Assembly: GCA_017560565.1 (NCBI GenBank)
Contig: JAFZET010000200.1
Span: forward strand, 1 to 36,121
Direction: 5' to 3'
From: Clostridia bacterium
GTDB taxonomy: Bacteria; Bacillota; Clostridia; Oscillospirales; CAG-272
Length of the DNA: 36,121 nucleotides
This document shows positions 8,830-17,790 of this stretch, one piece after another. Positions within the stretch are counted from its first letter, which is position 1. Each line of letters begins with the position of its first letter. Under the pieces are notes generated by a model. That model was not told the DNA's origin. It did no database searches and worked only from the letters and a program-made list of their open reading frames with translations. Made by a program: the position numbers and the translations under genes.

Positions 8830-8853
8830 TGCAGGAATAAAAAATGACCAAGT

Positions 8854-8899
8854 ACAAAAAACGATCCGTGGTGTGAAATGAACCCGAATCGTTTTTTGT
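8854..8899. terminator. bidirectional terminator-like hairpin
   Basis: acaaaaaacgatccg…cgaatcgttttttgt inverted repeat between convergent genes. Confidence 0.6.
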
Positions 8900-8996
8900 T
8901 ATGGTTACGGAATTTCCGGATCAGCGGCTGCGATGGCATGGCTGTATCTATGGGAAAGAATAGAAATATTGCTTTTTTGCCGGTTCTGTTCAGATT

Positions 8997-10472
8997 TTAT
9001 GAATCCATCTGATCGAGAGTCTTCTGCACGGCGGCTTTGATGGCGTTTTCACGGGAACGCACGGTGGAAACCAGTGTGTTGGTACCGGTTGCCAGAACGG
9101 CAGAACCGATGTCGGTGGGGTTGCCCCACTGTTCATACATAACAAAGCTGGGATCGAAATAGATATTGTCCAGTGCCAGACGAACCATTTTCACGGATTC
9201 TTCGTCCCGTACCCAGCGGCTTTCCAGATAGGAGTTTACATATACATCCCGCACATCCACATGGGAAAGATAGGACATGGCGTCCAGCACGATTCCCATA
9301 TCCGCCGGATCGGCTTTGTAAACCTTGGGGATGCTGATGCAGGTGGTAAAGGTGAAGGAGGTCATGGTACGGTAGGATTCCTGATTGACATCAATCTTGG
9401 CCATGGGCAGGATGCCGTAATCGTCTTCCATTTCCACATAATCCAAAAGACCCACAGGACCGGTCAGCAGGAACAGACCTTCGCCTGCGGCATATTTGTT
9501 GACAAACCAGCCCCACTTGCTGTCTACATTTACAAGGTTGTTGTAGTACAGCACATGGTCGGCATCACTGAAGATATTGAACAGGTGGTCATAATAGGAT
9601 ACATTCTGTTCGTTCAGCAGAGAGAATACGGGAATATCGTTTTCATCCTTGATAAAATAGTCTACGCCCCCGGACATCATGGCATAGTCGATAAAGGACT
9701 TACCGCCCATGATCCCGGCAATATCGTACTGGTCCATGCTGCCGTCACCATTGGAGTCATAGGGCAGCTGGCATGCCATTTCATACATCAGATCATAGGT
9801 CCAGGTGCCTTCCAGAACGGCATCGTACGGCACATCCATACCGTAATCTTCACACAGATTCTTGTTGACCAGAATGAAATGGGCAACGGTGTCAGACTGG
9901 TGATTCAGAGCGGACATCACACAGTACCGGAAGCCCTGCAGGGTAAAGGCATTGTTGGCACTCTGGTTCCACCATTCTTTGTCCAGCTGCATATTGGACA
10001 CGGTATCCATATCCATCAGGCAGCCTTTGAGAAGCAGCTTGGCCACTTCGGTGGTAGTGGTGTCCACAAGGTCGTGGGCTGCATCGCCGGAGGTCACATT
10101 GTTTGTCACAATCTGGGCAACCTTATGGTTCTCGTCAAAGTCTGTCACGATCTTCACGTCCAGACGCTGTTCGATATCCAGATTCCGGTTGAACACGGCA
10201 TCGTTGTATCTGTCGCCGGTGAGTTCCTCCACTGCAATATCTTCAAAATTGGCTATGAATGTGATTTCCGTACCGGGAGCACTGATGGCGGGCAGAGCTT
10301 CAAAATAGGCGTTCTTGGCGGCAAGAGCTTCTTCCGCCGGGCTCAGGGTTTCTGCTTCAGTTACAGCTGTTGTGTCTGTGTCGGTCTGGGTGTCCTGTGT
10401 CGATTCCGAGCATCCGGTCACAGACTGGGCAAGCAGCAGAAGACAGACAAGCAGAGAAAGTTTCTTTTTCAT
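8997..10472 (-). CDS. extracellular solute-binding lipoprotein (sugar ABC SBP-like), paralog 1
   Basis: Lipobox VTG-C, T/E-rich linker, TGD..NDAV.NRN, WW, DSNGDG, YGILP.K, RDEES motifs. Confidence 0.85.
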   Translation of the reverse strand: MKKKLSLLVCLLLLAQSVTGCSESTQDTQTDTDTTAVTEAETLSPAEEALAAKNAYFEALPAISAPGTEITFIANFEDIAVEELTGDRYNDAVFNRNLDIEQRLDVKIVTDFDENHKVAQIVTNNVTSGDAAHDLVDTTTTEVAKLLLKGCLMDMDTVSNMQLDKEWWNQSANNAFTLQGFRYCVMSALNHQSDTVAHFILVNKNLCEDYGMDVPYDAVLEGTWTYDLMYEMACQLPYDSNGDGSMDQYDIAGIMGGKSFIDYAMMSGGVDYFIKDENDIPVFSLLNEQNVSYYDHLFNIFSDADHVLYYNNLVNVDSKWGWFVNKYAAGEGLFLLTGPVGLLDYVEMEDDYGILPMAKIDVNQESYRTMTSFTFTTCISIPKVYKADPADMGIVLDAMSYLSHVDVRDVYVNSYLESRWVRDEESVKMVRLALDNIYFDPSFVMYEQWGNPTDIGSAVLATGTNTLVSTVRSRENAIKAAVQKTLDQMDS

Positions 10473-10504
10473 GACGTACAGTCTCCTTATTTTTTTACCT
10501 GTTC

Positions 10505-10533
10505 ATTATAACCCCAACGGATATATAAGTCAA
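10505..10533 (-). promoter_or_regulatory. sigma-A promoter of SBP paralog 1
   Basis: TTGACT-N17-TATAAT on the minus strand. Confidence 0.75.
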
Positions 10534-10562
10534 TACTCTGCGGGGAAAAGAATATAAAAAAC

Positions 10563-10594
10563 AAAAAACCTCCAGGACTTCTCCTGAAGGTTTC
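10563..10594 (-). terminator. intrinsic terminator of the tRNA gene
   Basis: aaccttcagga-gaag-tcctggaggtt followed by a T run, directly after the CCA end. Confidence 0.8.
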
Positions 10595-10595
10595 A

Positions 10596-10671
10596 TGGCG
10601 CGCCACGCAGGATTCGAACCTGCGACCTACCGGTTCGTAGCCGGGCACTCTATCCACTGAGCTAGTAGCGC
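10596..10671 (-). tRNA. tRNA-Arg (anticodon ACG)
   Basis: 76-nt cloverleaf GCGCTAC…GTGGCGC-G-CCA, D-loop GG and A20, anticodon loop CT-ACG-AA, T-arm GCAGG-TTCGAAT-CCTGC. Confidence 0.97.
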
Positions 10672-10695
10672 ACACACTCTTTTCGGTGCCTGTAT

Positions 10696-10724
10696 ATGAT
10701 ACCACAACCGAACCGGTTTGTCAA
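10696..10724 (-). promoter_or_regulatory. sigma-A promoter of the tRNA
   Basis: TTGACA-N17-TATCAT with TG extension. Confidence 0.8.
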
Positions 10725-10769
10725 TAGGTTTTTTGAAAAAAATACAGGAATTTTTCGCTTATGTCCAAA

Positions 10770-10810
10770 AAACAGAAACCGCCCCCGAATGCACAGAGGC
10801 GGCTTTGTTT
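10770..10810 (-). terminator. probable terminator after the GH127-SBP operon
   Basis: aaacaaagccgcc…ggcggtttctgttt imperfect hairpin followed by Ts on the minus strand. Confidence 0.55.
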
Positions 10811-10822
10811 GGGTATATGGAT

Positions 10823-12271
10823 TTATTCCCCTCTGGCAGCGGCAATGGCAGCTTCGATGGCGGGGATCTTCTTGGTGGCTGTGGAAACGTATTCCCGTTT
10901 GTTGCCCTTGAACAGTGTGGAGAAAATCGGATCCTTGATGTGGTCACAGAACATGGTCATGCCGAGGTCATAGCAGATGGAATCCATGATCAGATCCAGC
11001 ATCTGGGCGGATACGCTGTCACGGCTGACCTTCTGCTTCAGTGTCACTTCATAATACGCAGGCATAACGTCTTTCCAGGACAGCCAGTGGAGGGTTTCCA
11101 GCACGGCACCGCTGAGCTCGGGTTTGGCTGCGGTGGTGGGCATGGTCATGGTACGGGTACCGGCTTCCACCATGACACCGTAGTTTTCCTGTTCCGCCGT
11201 GTACTTGGGGAAGGGAACGATACCGAAGTCGGATTCCATGTCACGCAGGGTGATGGTGCCGTAGAAGGTCAGGTCGGCAAAGAGTGCCTGGTCTTTCTGG
11301 AAGTAGTTGTCGGTGTGCCAGTAGGTGTTGGAGTCGGTGGACTTGGTATACCAGAACCCGGTTTCCCAGCACATATCGGACACTCTTGTAAAGATTTCTT
11401 CGATCAGGGGGTTGGTCAGCAGGCGGATCTCGATCTCCGCATCGCTGGACTTGTCAATGGTACGCTGTCTGGCGGCTGCCAGGAAGTTCACCGGCAGAGC
11501 GTTGGTGGCACCCACCATGCCGTAGATGTCCTCTTCCGCCCAGACACCATCCCCGTTCAGATCCTGCATGGCGGTGCTGCCCATTTCCTGCAGCTTGTCA
11601 ATGGTCCATGTTCCTTCCAGAACCAGATCGTAGGGAACTTCCAGATTCAGGTTGGTGATCATGTTCTTGTTGAAGCAGAGTACGTGGGTCATGTCGTACA
11701 GACCGATGTTGGCGGAGCCGTAGGTCAGATAGACCGCATCGGAGAAATTGATGGTTTCGTTCACATCCTGGAACCACCAGGGCTTGTCCAGATTTACATA
11801 CTCCAAAGTGGAGACATCGATGAAGTAGCCCTCGTGGGTCATGGCGAAGGCACGGCGTTCCAGCAGCATGGCCAGGTCATAGGCGGAATCTCCTGCCTGC
11901 ACGGAGTTGGTGAAGGCGGACAGGGCAGCATCAGAGGCGCCGGGCACATAGTCATCGTTGAACACGATGTTGTATTTTTCCGCAATGAACTGTGTCCGTT
12001 CATACATGGCGTCGTTGAGGATGTCGCCGGTCTGTTCGTTGATGGCGGTAATGGCGTGCTGTGTCTGGGTGGTACTGGTCAGGATGGTGAAGCCGTACCC
12101 TTCATAATCCATTTCCGGGATGTCGTCGGTCAGCTGGGTTTCGGTTTCTTCTGCGGCGGTTTCCTGTACAGCGGAAGTATCGGCTGTGGTTTCATCGGCA
12201 GCATTGCCGCAGGAGATCACAGAGGGGGCGGTCATCAGCAGAACGAGTAGAAGTGCAAGTGTCTTTTTCAT
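10823..12271 (-). CDS. extracellular solute-binding lipoprotein, paralog 2
   Basis: Start MKKTLALLL at 12271 after GAAAGGAA; lipobox VIS-C; TGDILNDAMYER, DKPWW, DLNGDG, FGIVPFPK, YY..TLK.K..RD. Confidence 0.85.
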   Translation of the reverse strand: MKKTLALLLVLLMTAPSVISCGNAADETTADTSAVQETAAEETETQLTDDIPEMDYEGYGFTILTSTTQTQHAITAINEQTGDILNDAMYERTQFIAEKYNIVFNDDYVPGASDAALSAFTNSVQAGDSAYDLAMLLERRAFAMTHEGYFIDVSTLEYVNLDKPWWFQDVNETINFSDAVYLTYGSANIGLYDMTHVLCFNKNMITNLNLEVPYDLVLEGTWTIDKLQEMGSTAMQDLNGDGVWAEEDIYGMVGATNALPVNFLAAARQRTIDKSSDAEIEIRLLTNPLIEEIFTRVSDMCWETGFWYTKSTDSNTYWHTDNYFQKDQALFADLTFYGTITLRDMESDFGIVPFPKYTAEQENYGVMVEAGTRTMTMPTTAAKPELSGAVLETLHWLSWKDVMPAYYEVTLKQKVSRDSVSAQMLDLIMDSICYDLGMTMFCDHIKDPIFSTLFKGNKREYVSTATKKIPAIEAAIAAARGE

Positions 12272-12293
12272 GACATTGTTCCTTTCTTTTGGT

Positions 12294-14309
12294 TTATTTT
12301 CCGTTTTTCGTGTCCTGTCTTTTCTTCCAGGTTTCGTAGCCATAGGGCATGGGGGCAAGGGGCAGCTTTGCACGGGGAATATAGGAGATGCGCAGGTTGG
12401 TGCAGCCGTAGGGAACCAGCTCGATTTCCTGTTCCCAGTGTACGTTCACGGGACCGGTGTACAGATCCATGGTTCGCTTGATATACGGCGGATAGGAGTA
12501 CAGTGCCTTGTATCCGGGAAGACGGAGCTTCAGCGGAGGATTTTCCCATACATAACCGTCCATTGGGCATTCTTCCACCTGTACGGCGGCGGGATCCGTG
12601 TCTTCCGCCATGGCAATGTTCCAGGTGATGTCAAACTTCCGCATTCCGTTGGATTCGTACTGATCGGCTTCTCTGTCATAGTCGAAATGGGCGGCAATTC
12701 CCCACCAGTTCCAGCCTTCCGGCAGAGGGGTTGTGGGATTGCCCTTTACGATGTGCCAGTATTCCGGTACCTGGAAAGCGAACAGCAGCGGGCCGTATTC
12801 CACTGCCATGGGGTATCTGGCGCAGGCGTCCCCGTCGTCTACCCGGGAGATATCCACAGTCATGGGCAGGGTCACGGTGATTACGTCTCCCTCGGCGAAA
12901 GTGCCGTTCACTGTGTACCAGGTACCCGCTTGGGCTTCCGCTTCGCATTTCTTTCCGTTGACGGCAAACTGTGCGTTCCGGCACCATCCGGGTACACGGA
13001 AGTGCAGAGGGGTGTTTCCTTCGGTCACCTCGGAAAGCGTGCAGGTGATGGTGTCCCGGAAGGGGTAAGCGGTATCCATTTTCAGCTTCATTTCTCCGAA
13101 GCGGATCACCGCAGGACCGTAGGCAGCCACATACAGACCGTCATCTCCCCGGAACGCCATATCCCGCAGGAAACCGGGGATCACCCAGGTGGAGGTCACA
13201 GGACAGCAGGCGATGGGGTACACCGGTGCATACAGCTGCATATCGCCGTGGAGATAGCCGGATTCGGCGGTGGCGTGGATCTGATTGGGAGAGGACATAT
13301 AGGCGATGGCCTTTTCGTCTTTCTTCCTGGCTCCCTGTGCGCCGTTGAATACGATCCGCTCGATCAGATCCATGTACTGCGGATCACCGGAGGCTGCTTC
13401 CAGATGGGAGAGGGAATGGTGCAGGAAAGCAAAATTACAGTATTCTGTTTCCACAGAGGCGGATACAGGTCCCAGATATTCCGCATTGCAGGGCATACCG
13501 CCGGTGCGCTGGATGGCACGGGGATACAGCTTGGCAACCCCCTTCACGGCTGCATCCAGGTTCTTTTCGTCCCCGCCTGCCAGATAAGCGGCTGCGTAGA
13601 TCCACAGATCGGCGGCATACCCGGCGGCATGGTGGGCGTTGTAGAGGATCGGTTCAAACCGCATGGCGTTCTGAGAGTAGCTGTACAGGTCGTTGCGGTT
13701 TCCGAAATCGATGTAATCGTTGATAAAATCCAGCAGTCTGGTGTCGCCGGTGTGCAGATAGCAGAGCATCATGGATTCCACCAGCGTCATGCCGCAGTAG
13801 CGGGTCTTTTTGTCGCCCGCCCAGTTCTCGCAGAACCAGAGCATACACCGGTGTACCGCTTCCAGCACATCCTCACGACCGGTGGCATCATAGTAAGCCA
13901 GCATGGCTTTCATGCCGCTGTTGGTACCCCAGGCGTTGTAGTCGTCCATTTTGTTGTCGGTATCGGTGTAGGTGCCCATGTATCCATCGGGATCCTGATT
14001 CTTCAGTACCCCTTCCACCCATGCGTGGGCTTTGTTCTTCAGGAATTCGTCGTCCAGACCGAATGCCAGCAGCATCAGTCCGTACCAGAAGTTGCCGGAG
14101 ATCTCCGCACCCCAGCCGGCCTTGGCACCGCCCCAGCCTTCGTTGGTCACTTTGTTCACATAAGGCAGTGCGATCATCTGGGGTTCCAGTTCATCGATGT
14201 GTCCGCCCATGCCGTCCCGGCTTCTCTCCAGCTGTTCTTTCAGCCAGCCTTCCGGGCGGATGGAACCGAGGGGCAGCGGTCTGAGTTTTCCGCAGGACTT
14301 TATTTTCAT
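12294..14309 (-). CDS. glycoside hydrolase family 127/146-like (beta-L-arabinofuranosidase-type)
   Basis: LPLG.I.P.GWL, QD.DGY, Zn-ligand motifs ETEYC and ACCP, DLIER..FN, T.YPF, RVP.W, YGPLLF, LVPYGCT.LRI. Confidence 0.88.
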   Translation of the reverse strand: MKIKSCGKLRPLPLGSIRPEGWLKEQLERSRDGMGGHIDELEPQMIALPYVNKVTNEGWGGAKAGWGAEISGNFWYGLMLLAFGLDDEFLKNKAHAWVEGVLKNQDPDGYMGTYTDTDNKMDDYNAWGTNSGMKAMLAYYDATGREDVLEAVHRCMLWFCENWAGDKKTRYCGMTLVESMMLCYLHTGDTRLLDFINDYIDFGNRNDLYSYSQNAMRFEPILYNAHHAAGYAADLWIYAAAYLAGGDEKNLDAAVKGVAKLYPRAIQRTGGMPCNAEYLGPVSASVETEYCNFAFLHHSLSHLEAASGDPQYMDLIERIVFNGAQGARKKDEKAIAYMSSPNQIHATAESGYLHGDMQLYAPVYPIACCPVTSTWVIPGFLRDMAFRGDDGLYVAAYGPAVIRFGEMKLKMDTAYPFRDTITCTLSEVTEGNTPLHFRVPGWCRNAQFAVNGKKCEAEAQAGTWYTVNGTFAEGDVITVTLPMTVDISRVDDGDACARYPMAVEYGPLLFAFQVPEYWHIVKGNPTTPLPEGWNWWGIAAHFDYDREADQYESNGMRKFDITWNIAMAEDTDPAAVQVEECPMDGYVWENPPLKLRLPGYKALYSYPPYIKRTMDLYTGPVNVHWEQEIELVPYGCTNLRISYIPRAKLPLAPMPYGYETWKKRQDTKNGK

Positions 14310-14349
14310 GATGCATATCTCCGTTTGTGGTTGGAATTGTCTTTATTCG

Positions 14350-14378
14350 ATTATAGCATAAAAATCTGAAGAAAACAA
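14350..14378 (-). promoter_or_regulatory. promoter of the GH127-SBP operon
   Basis: TTGTTT-N17-TATAAT with TG extension. Confidence 0.55.
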
Positions 14379-14414
14379 GGTTTTCTGTGTACTGCAGACT
14401 GTGATTTCTCCGGA

Positions 14415-14491
14415 TTTTCACACAATTTTCACACAGGATTCTGTTTTTTCACAGGATAAGAATTGCATTCCCGCCGGCTTTATGTTATAAT
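14415..14491 (+). promoter_or_regulatory. sigma-A promoter with three upstream TTTTCACA direct repeats
   Basis: TTTTCACA at 14415, 14426 and 14446; TTGCAT-N17-TATAAT at 14463-14491. Confidence 0.65.
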
Positions 14492-14539
14492 AATACGATT
14501 TCATATATATCTGCAATCGGAAAGGAGCATATTTCATCT

Positions 14540-16000
14540 ATGGATATGCAAAATACGCCGGTGGACACCCGGAAAGAAAAACGAAATGCCATACTGATCA
14601 CCATTGCTGTTGTGGTGGTTGCCGCCTGTGTGATCGGTCTGGTTGTGTACAACAACCTGGCGGACAGCGGCTATTTCATGCGCCGCACTGTGGCTGCCCA
14701 GAGCGAAAACTTCACCGTAAACGGCTCTGTGATGACCTATTATTTCTACACAAACTACTCTCAGTATGCCTCTACATTTGCGCAGATGGGGCTGAATACA
14801 TCCTATTCCCTGAAGTCCCAGTATGCGGATGAGGAAAACGGGATCACCTGGTTTGACTACATGGCTACACTGACCCAGTCCTATGTGGGCGAACTGCTGG
14901 CTCTGTGTGAAGCGGCAAAGGCAAACGGCGTGGAGCTGACTGCCGATGACCAGGCGTACATCGATGCCAGTCTCGATGCCATGGAAGAAGCCGCCAAAGA
15001 ATACGGCTACTCTCTGAATGCCTACCTGATCGCCATGTTCGGCGGCGGTGTCAAGGAGCAGGATGTCCGTGCCGGTATGGAGCTGTCTGCCCTGAGCAGC
15101 AAGTACTATGCCCAGTTCTACAGCGGGCTGAGCTATACCGATGCCGAATATGAAGCATACTACGAAGTCAACAAATCCTCTTTCCTGAATGTGGATCTGA
15201 TCACCTGCACCGTGCGGCAGAACGACTTTATTGCAACCGACGAAAACGGTAACCCCATCGGCAATATCACTGCCGCCGCAGCCGAAGCCAAGGAATATGC
15301 CGCTTCCATCGCCGCAGCCGATTCTGCGGAAGCTTTCAGGAATGCTGTGCTGGCATACAATACCGATGTTGTAGGTCTGAGCGCCGATGAAGCTGAAATG
15401 GTTCTGGCGGCAGGTACCATCACCGGTATGACCGCTACCCCCGGCAACACTGCCAGCGACTGGGCCTTCTCTGCAAAGAAGGGTGAAACCAAGGTGGTGG
15501 ATGCCAGCGGCGGTGCGACCTATGATGTATACTATCTGGTCAAGGCTGCCTACCGCAACGAAGATCCCACCAGAAATGTTCGTCATCTGCTGCTCTCCAC
15601 CGATACCTACGGTGCCGAAGCGGAATCTGCTGCAAAGACCATTTATGCCGAATGGGAAGCCACAGGTTTTGATCTGGATACCTTCGCCGCACTGGTATAC
15701 AACTTCAGCGAAGACACCGGATCCGTGCAGACCGGTGGGCTGTATGAAAACGTGTCCCAGGGCGAGATGGTGACGGAATTTGATGCATGGCTGTTTGATT
15801 CCTCCCGCAAGGAAGGGGATACCGGTATTGTGAACACCACCTACGGTACCCACATCATGTACTACGCCGGAGAAGCCGGACCTGCCTGGAAAAATGCAGC
15901 ACGTACCGCACTGGAAGACGAAGACTATACCGCTCTGATCGAACAGTATGCCGGCAGCATCGGTTTTGATCAGAATGTGATCTATCAGATCAACGCATAA
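14540..16000 (+). CDS. membrane-anchored foldase / parvulin-type peptidylprolyl isomerase (PrsA/SurA-like)
   Basis: Single N-terminal TM helix; C-terminal VRHLL…SED.GS…GGLY…GEMV.EF..W.F…T.YG.HI parvulin motifs. Confidence 0.88.
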   Translation: MDMQNTPVDTRKEKRNAILITIAVVVVAACVIGLVVYNNLADSGYFMRRTVAAQSENFTVNGSVMTYYFYTNYSQYASTFAQMGLNTSYSLKSQYADEENGITWFDYMATLTQSYVGELLALCEAAKANGVELTADDQAYIDASLDAMEEAAKEYGYSLNAYLIAMFGGGVKEQDVRAGMELSALSSKYYAQFYSGLSYTDAEYEAYYEVNKSSFLNVDLITCTVRQNDFIATDENGNPIGNITAAAAEAKEYAASIAAADSAEAFRNAVLAYNTDVVGLSADEAEMVLAAGTITGMTATPGNTASDWAFSAKKGETKVVDASGGATYDVYYLVKAAYRNEDPTRNVRHLLLSTDTYGAEAESAAKTIYAEWEATGFDLDTFAALVYNFSEDTGSVQTGGLYENVSQGEMVTEFDAWLFDSSRKEGDTGIVNTTYGTHIMYYAGEAGPAWKNAARTALEDEDYTALIEQYAGSIGFDQNVIYQINA

Positions 16001-16015
16001 AACCCATACAAAGCA

Positions 16016-16056
16016 AAAACCATCACGGATACCGAAACGGTGCTGTGATGGTTTTC
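16016..16056. terminator. bidirectional intrinsic terminator
   Basis: aaaaccatcacgg.taccg-aaa-cggtgctgtgatggtttt between the convergent PPIase genes. Confidence 0.75.
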
Positions 16057-16075
16057 TTTTGTCTGTGAATTGGAA

Positions 16076-16825
16076 TCAGAACTTGTCAACGGGGTACAGG
16101 ATCTTGAGCTGGTTGACCTTGCTCTGGTAAGCAGCCTGCTGCTTTTCTTCCTTCAGAGCGTTCAGCAGATCGTCCTTGACTTCTTCAAAGGCCATCTCGC
16201 CGCCTTCTTCCTTCTTGTTCAGCAGGATCAGGTGGAAGCCGAACTGGGTCTGTACGGGTTCGGAAATGGCACCCACTTCCATAGCGGCGCAGGCGTTCTC
16301 AAATTCCGGAACCATCTGACCCTGACCGAAGTCACCCAGGTTCCCGCCGTTCTTGCCGGAGGGGCAGGAGCTGTACTGTGCGGCGGCTTCTTCAAAGGTG
16401 ATCTCGCCTGCCTTGATCTGTGCAAGCAGGTCGTTTGCCTTGTCTTCGCTGTCCACCAGAATGTGGCTGGCGTTGAAGGTCAGACCGGATACAAACTGTG
16501 CCTTGTTTTCTTCATAGTACGCCTTGGCTTCGTCTTCGGTCACACGAACCTTTTCCAGAGCCTTCTGCATGGCGTAGCTGGTCAGCATATCTTCCTTTAC
16601 CCGGGTCAGCTGTTCCTTGAAAGCGGGTTCTCTTTCGTACAGGTTCCGCTGTGCGTCCATGAGAAAGAGCTTGCGGGAGATCAGCTGATCCAGGATCATG
16701 GCTCTGCCCTGAGGATTGTTGTAGTTCTGACCTCTCTGGCCCATCTGCATCAGTGCCATGGTCACGTCCTGTTCGGTGATGTTCTTGCCGCCAACGGTAG
16801 CGAGAACCTTGTTTTCCATATCCAT
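16076..16825 (-). CDS. PpiC/parvulin-type peptidylprolyl isomerase (cytoplasmic)
   Basis: ASHILV, FEEAA..YS.CPS…GG.LG.F..GQMVPEFE.A, PVQTQFGFHLI; no signal peptide; RBS favours ATG 16825. Confidence 0.93.
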   Translation of the reverse strand: MDMENKVLATVGGKNITEQDVTMALMQMGQRGQNYNNPQGRAMILDQLISRKLFLMDAQRNLYEREPAFKEQLTRVKEDMLTSYAMQKALEKVRVTEDEAKAYYEENKAQFVSGLTFNASHILVDSEDKANDLLAQIKAGEITFEEAAAQYSSCPSGKNGGNLGDFGQGQMVPEFENACAAMEVGAISEPVQTQFGFHLILLNKKEEGGEMAFEEVKDDLLNALKEEKQQAAYQSKVNQLKILYPVDKF

Positions 16826-16866
16826 TTTTGTTTGTTTCCTTTCGGTATAATACAATATCAGTCTGT

Positions 16867-16895
16867 ATTGTACCAGATTCCGGCTGCTTTTGCAA
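16867..16895 (-). promoter_or_regulatory. sigma-A promoter of the parvulin gene
   Basis: TTGCAA-N17-TACAAT with TG extension. Confidence 0.65.
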
Positions 16896-16934
16896 GGGGA
16901 AAGACGAAATATTCACGGGGAGAGGGAATAGTTC

Positions 16935-16963
16935 TTGACGGAAAAGGAAGAACCTGCTATAAT
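16935..16963 (+). promoter_or_regulatory. sigma-A promoter of the AAC(3)-like/azlCD operon
   Basis: TTGACG-N17-TATAAT with TG extension. Confidence 0.8.
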
Positions 16964-16999
16964 AAACGGGATCCATTACTTATTTTTCGGAGGACTGAT

Positions 17000-17779
17000 A
17001 TGCATACCTGTGAACAGCTTCGGCAGGATCTGTTGAATCTGGGTATTTATCCCGGTATGTCCCTGCTGATGCACTCATCCTATAAATCTCTCGGCGGCAT
17101 CGAAGGCGGTGCCGGTGCGTTCTTTGAAACCCTGCTGGATGTCATCACTCCTGAGGGGAATCTGATCGTTCCTTCCATGAGCTTTTCCACCGTTACCAGA
17201 GAAAATCCCTATTTCGATATCCGCACAACCCCTTCCTGTGTTGGGTATCTGACGGAGTACTTCCGTACCAGCGTACCCGGTGCCAAGCGGAGTTTCCACC
17301 CCACCCACTCCTGCTGTGCCATCGGTAAGGATGCGGACTGGCTCATCGAAGGGCATGAGCTTGACAACACCCCTGTAGGCGAACATTCCCCCTTCCACAA
17401 GCTGCCCAAGCTGAACGGCTGGATCCTGTTCCTGGGCTGCTCCTGGGACCGGAACACTTCCATGCACGGTGTGGAAGAAGTGGCAAAGCCCCCGTTCTTC
17501 CTGGATTACGACCATCCTCTGAAGTACACCATGACAAACTGGGACGGCAGTGAATACATCCAGCCCGCCTCTCTGCGTCACTATTTCCACAGAGCGGACA
17601 TCGACCATGTACAGTGCTACAGCCGTGTGGTGGATCTGCTGGAAGGCGAGGATGAAGTGCGCTTCGGCAAGATCCTGGATGCCGACTGTGCCCTGCTGTA
17701 CGCGCCTGCCGTATGGAAGAAGGGTACGGAAAAGATGATCGCGGAACCGTATTATTTCGTGGATGTTGTGATTCCGTAA
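17000..17779 (+). CDS. AAC(3) family N-acetyltransferase (aminoglycoside 3-N-acetyltransferase/YokD-like)
   Basis: GGAGG RBS before ATG 17000; LMHSS.KSLG, G.L.EYFR, RS.HPTHS..A.G, SPF.KL, LFLG, NTSMH..EE motifs. Confidence 0.9.
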   Translation: MHTCEQLRQDLLNLGIYPGMSLLMHSSYKSLGGIEGGAGAFFETLLDVITPEGNLIVPSMSFSTVTRENPYFDIRTTPSCVGYLTEYFRTSVPGAKRSFHPTHSCCAIGKDADWLIEGHELDNTPVGEHSPFHKLPKLNGWILFLGCSWDRNTSMHGVEEVAKPPFFLDYDHPLKYTMTNWDGSEYIQPASLRHYFHRADIDHVQCYSRVVDLLEGEDEVRFGKILDADCALLYAPAVWKKGTEKMIAEPYYFVDVVIP

Positions 17780-17790
17780 GAGGCTGAACC

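Noticed and set aside
8874-8885. TGAAATGAACCC in a hairpin loop, reminiscent of IS3/IS150-type ends
   Set aside because: Only 12 nt, with no partner inverted repeat, target duplication or transposase.
10629-10645. C27:U43 mismatch at the top of the tRNA anticodon stem
   Set aside because: Mismatches at this pair are tolerated; the other arms, CCA end, promoter and terminator are intact, so it is not a pseudogene.
10596-10671. tRNA-Arg as an integration site for a genomic island
   Set aside because: No integrase and no duplicated tRNA 3' end seen in the window; its native terminator follows directly.
14415-14453. DnaA boxes or a replication origin
   Set aside because: TTTTCACA does not match TTATCCACA, and there is no dnaA context or AT-rich unwinding element.
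16070-17779. 569-aa ORF suggesting an N-terminally extended AAC(3)
   Set aside because: The first 310 codons are antisense to the parvulin gene and cross a promoter region; the real start is ATG 17000 with GGAGG.
4528-17779. Aminoglycoside biosynthetic cluster (DegT, dehydrogenase, AAC(3) self-resistance)
   Set aside because: No cyclitol synthase or glycosyltransferase is present, and the AAC(3)-like gene is separated by unrelated genes and a tRNA.
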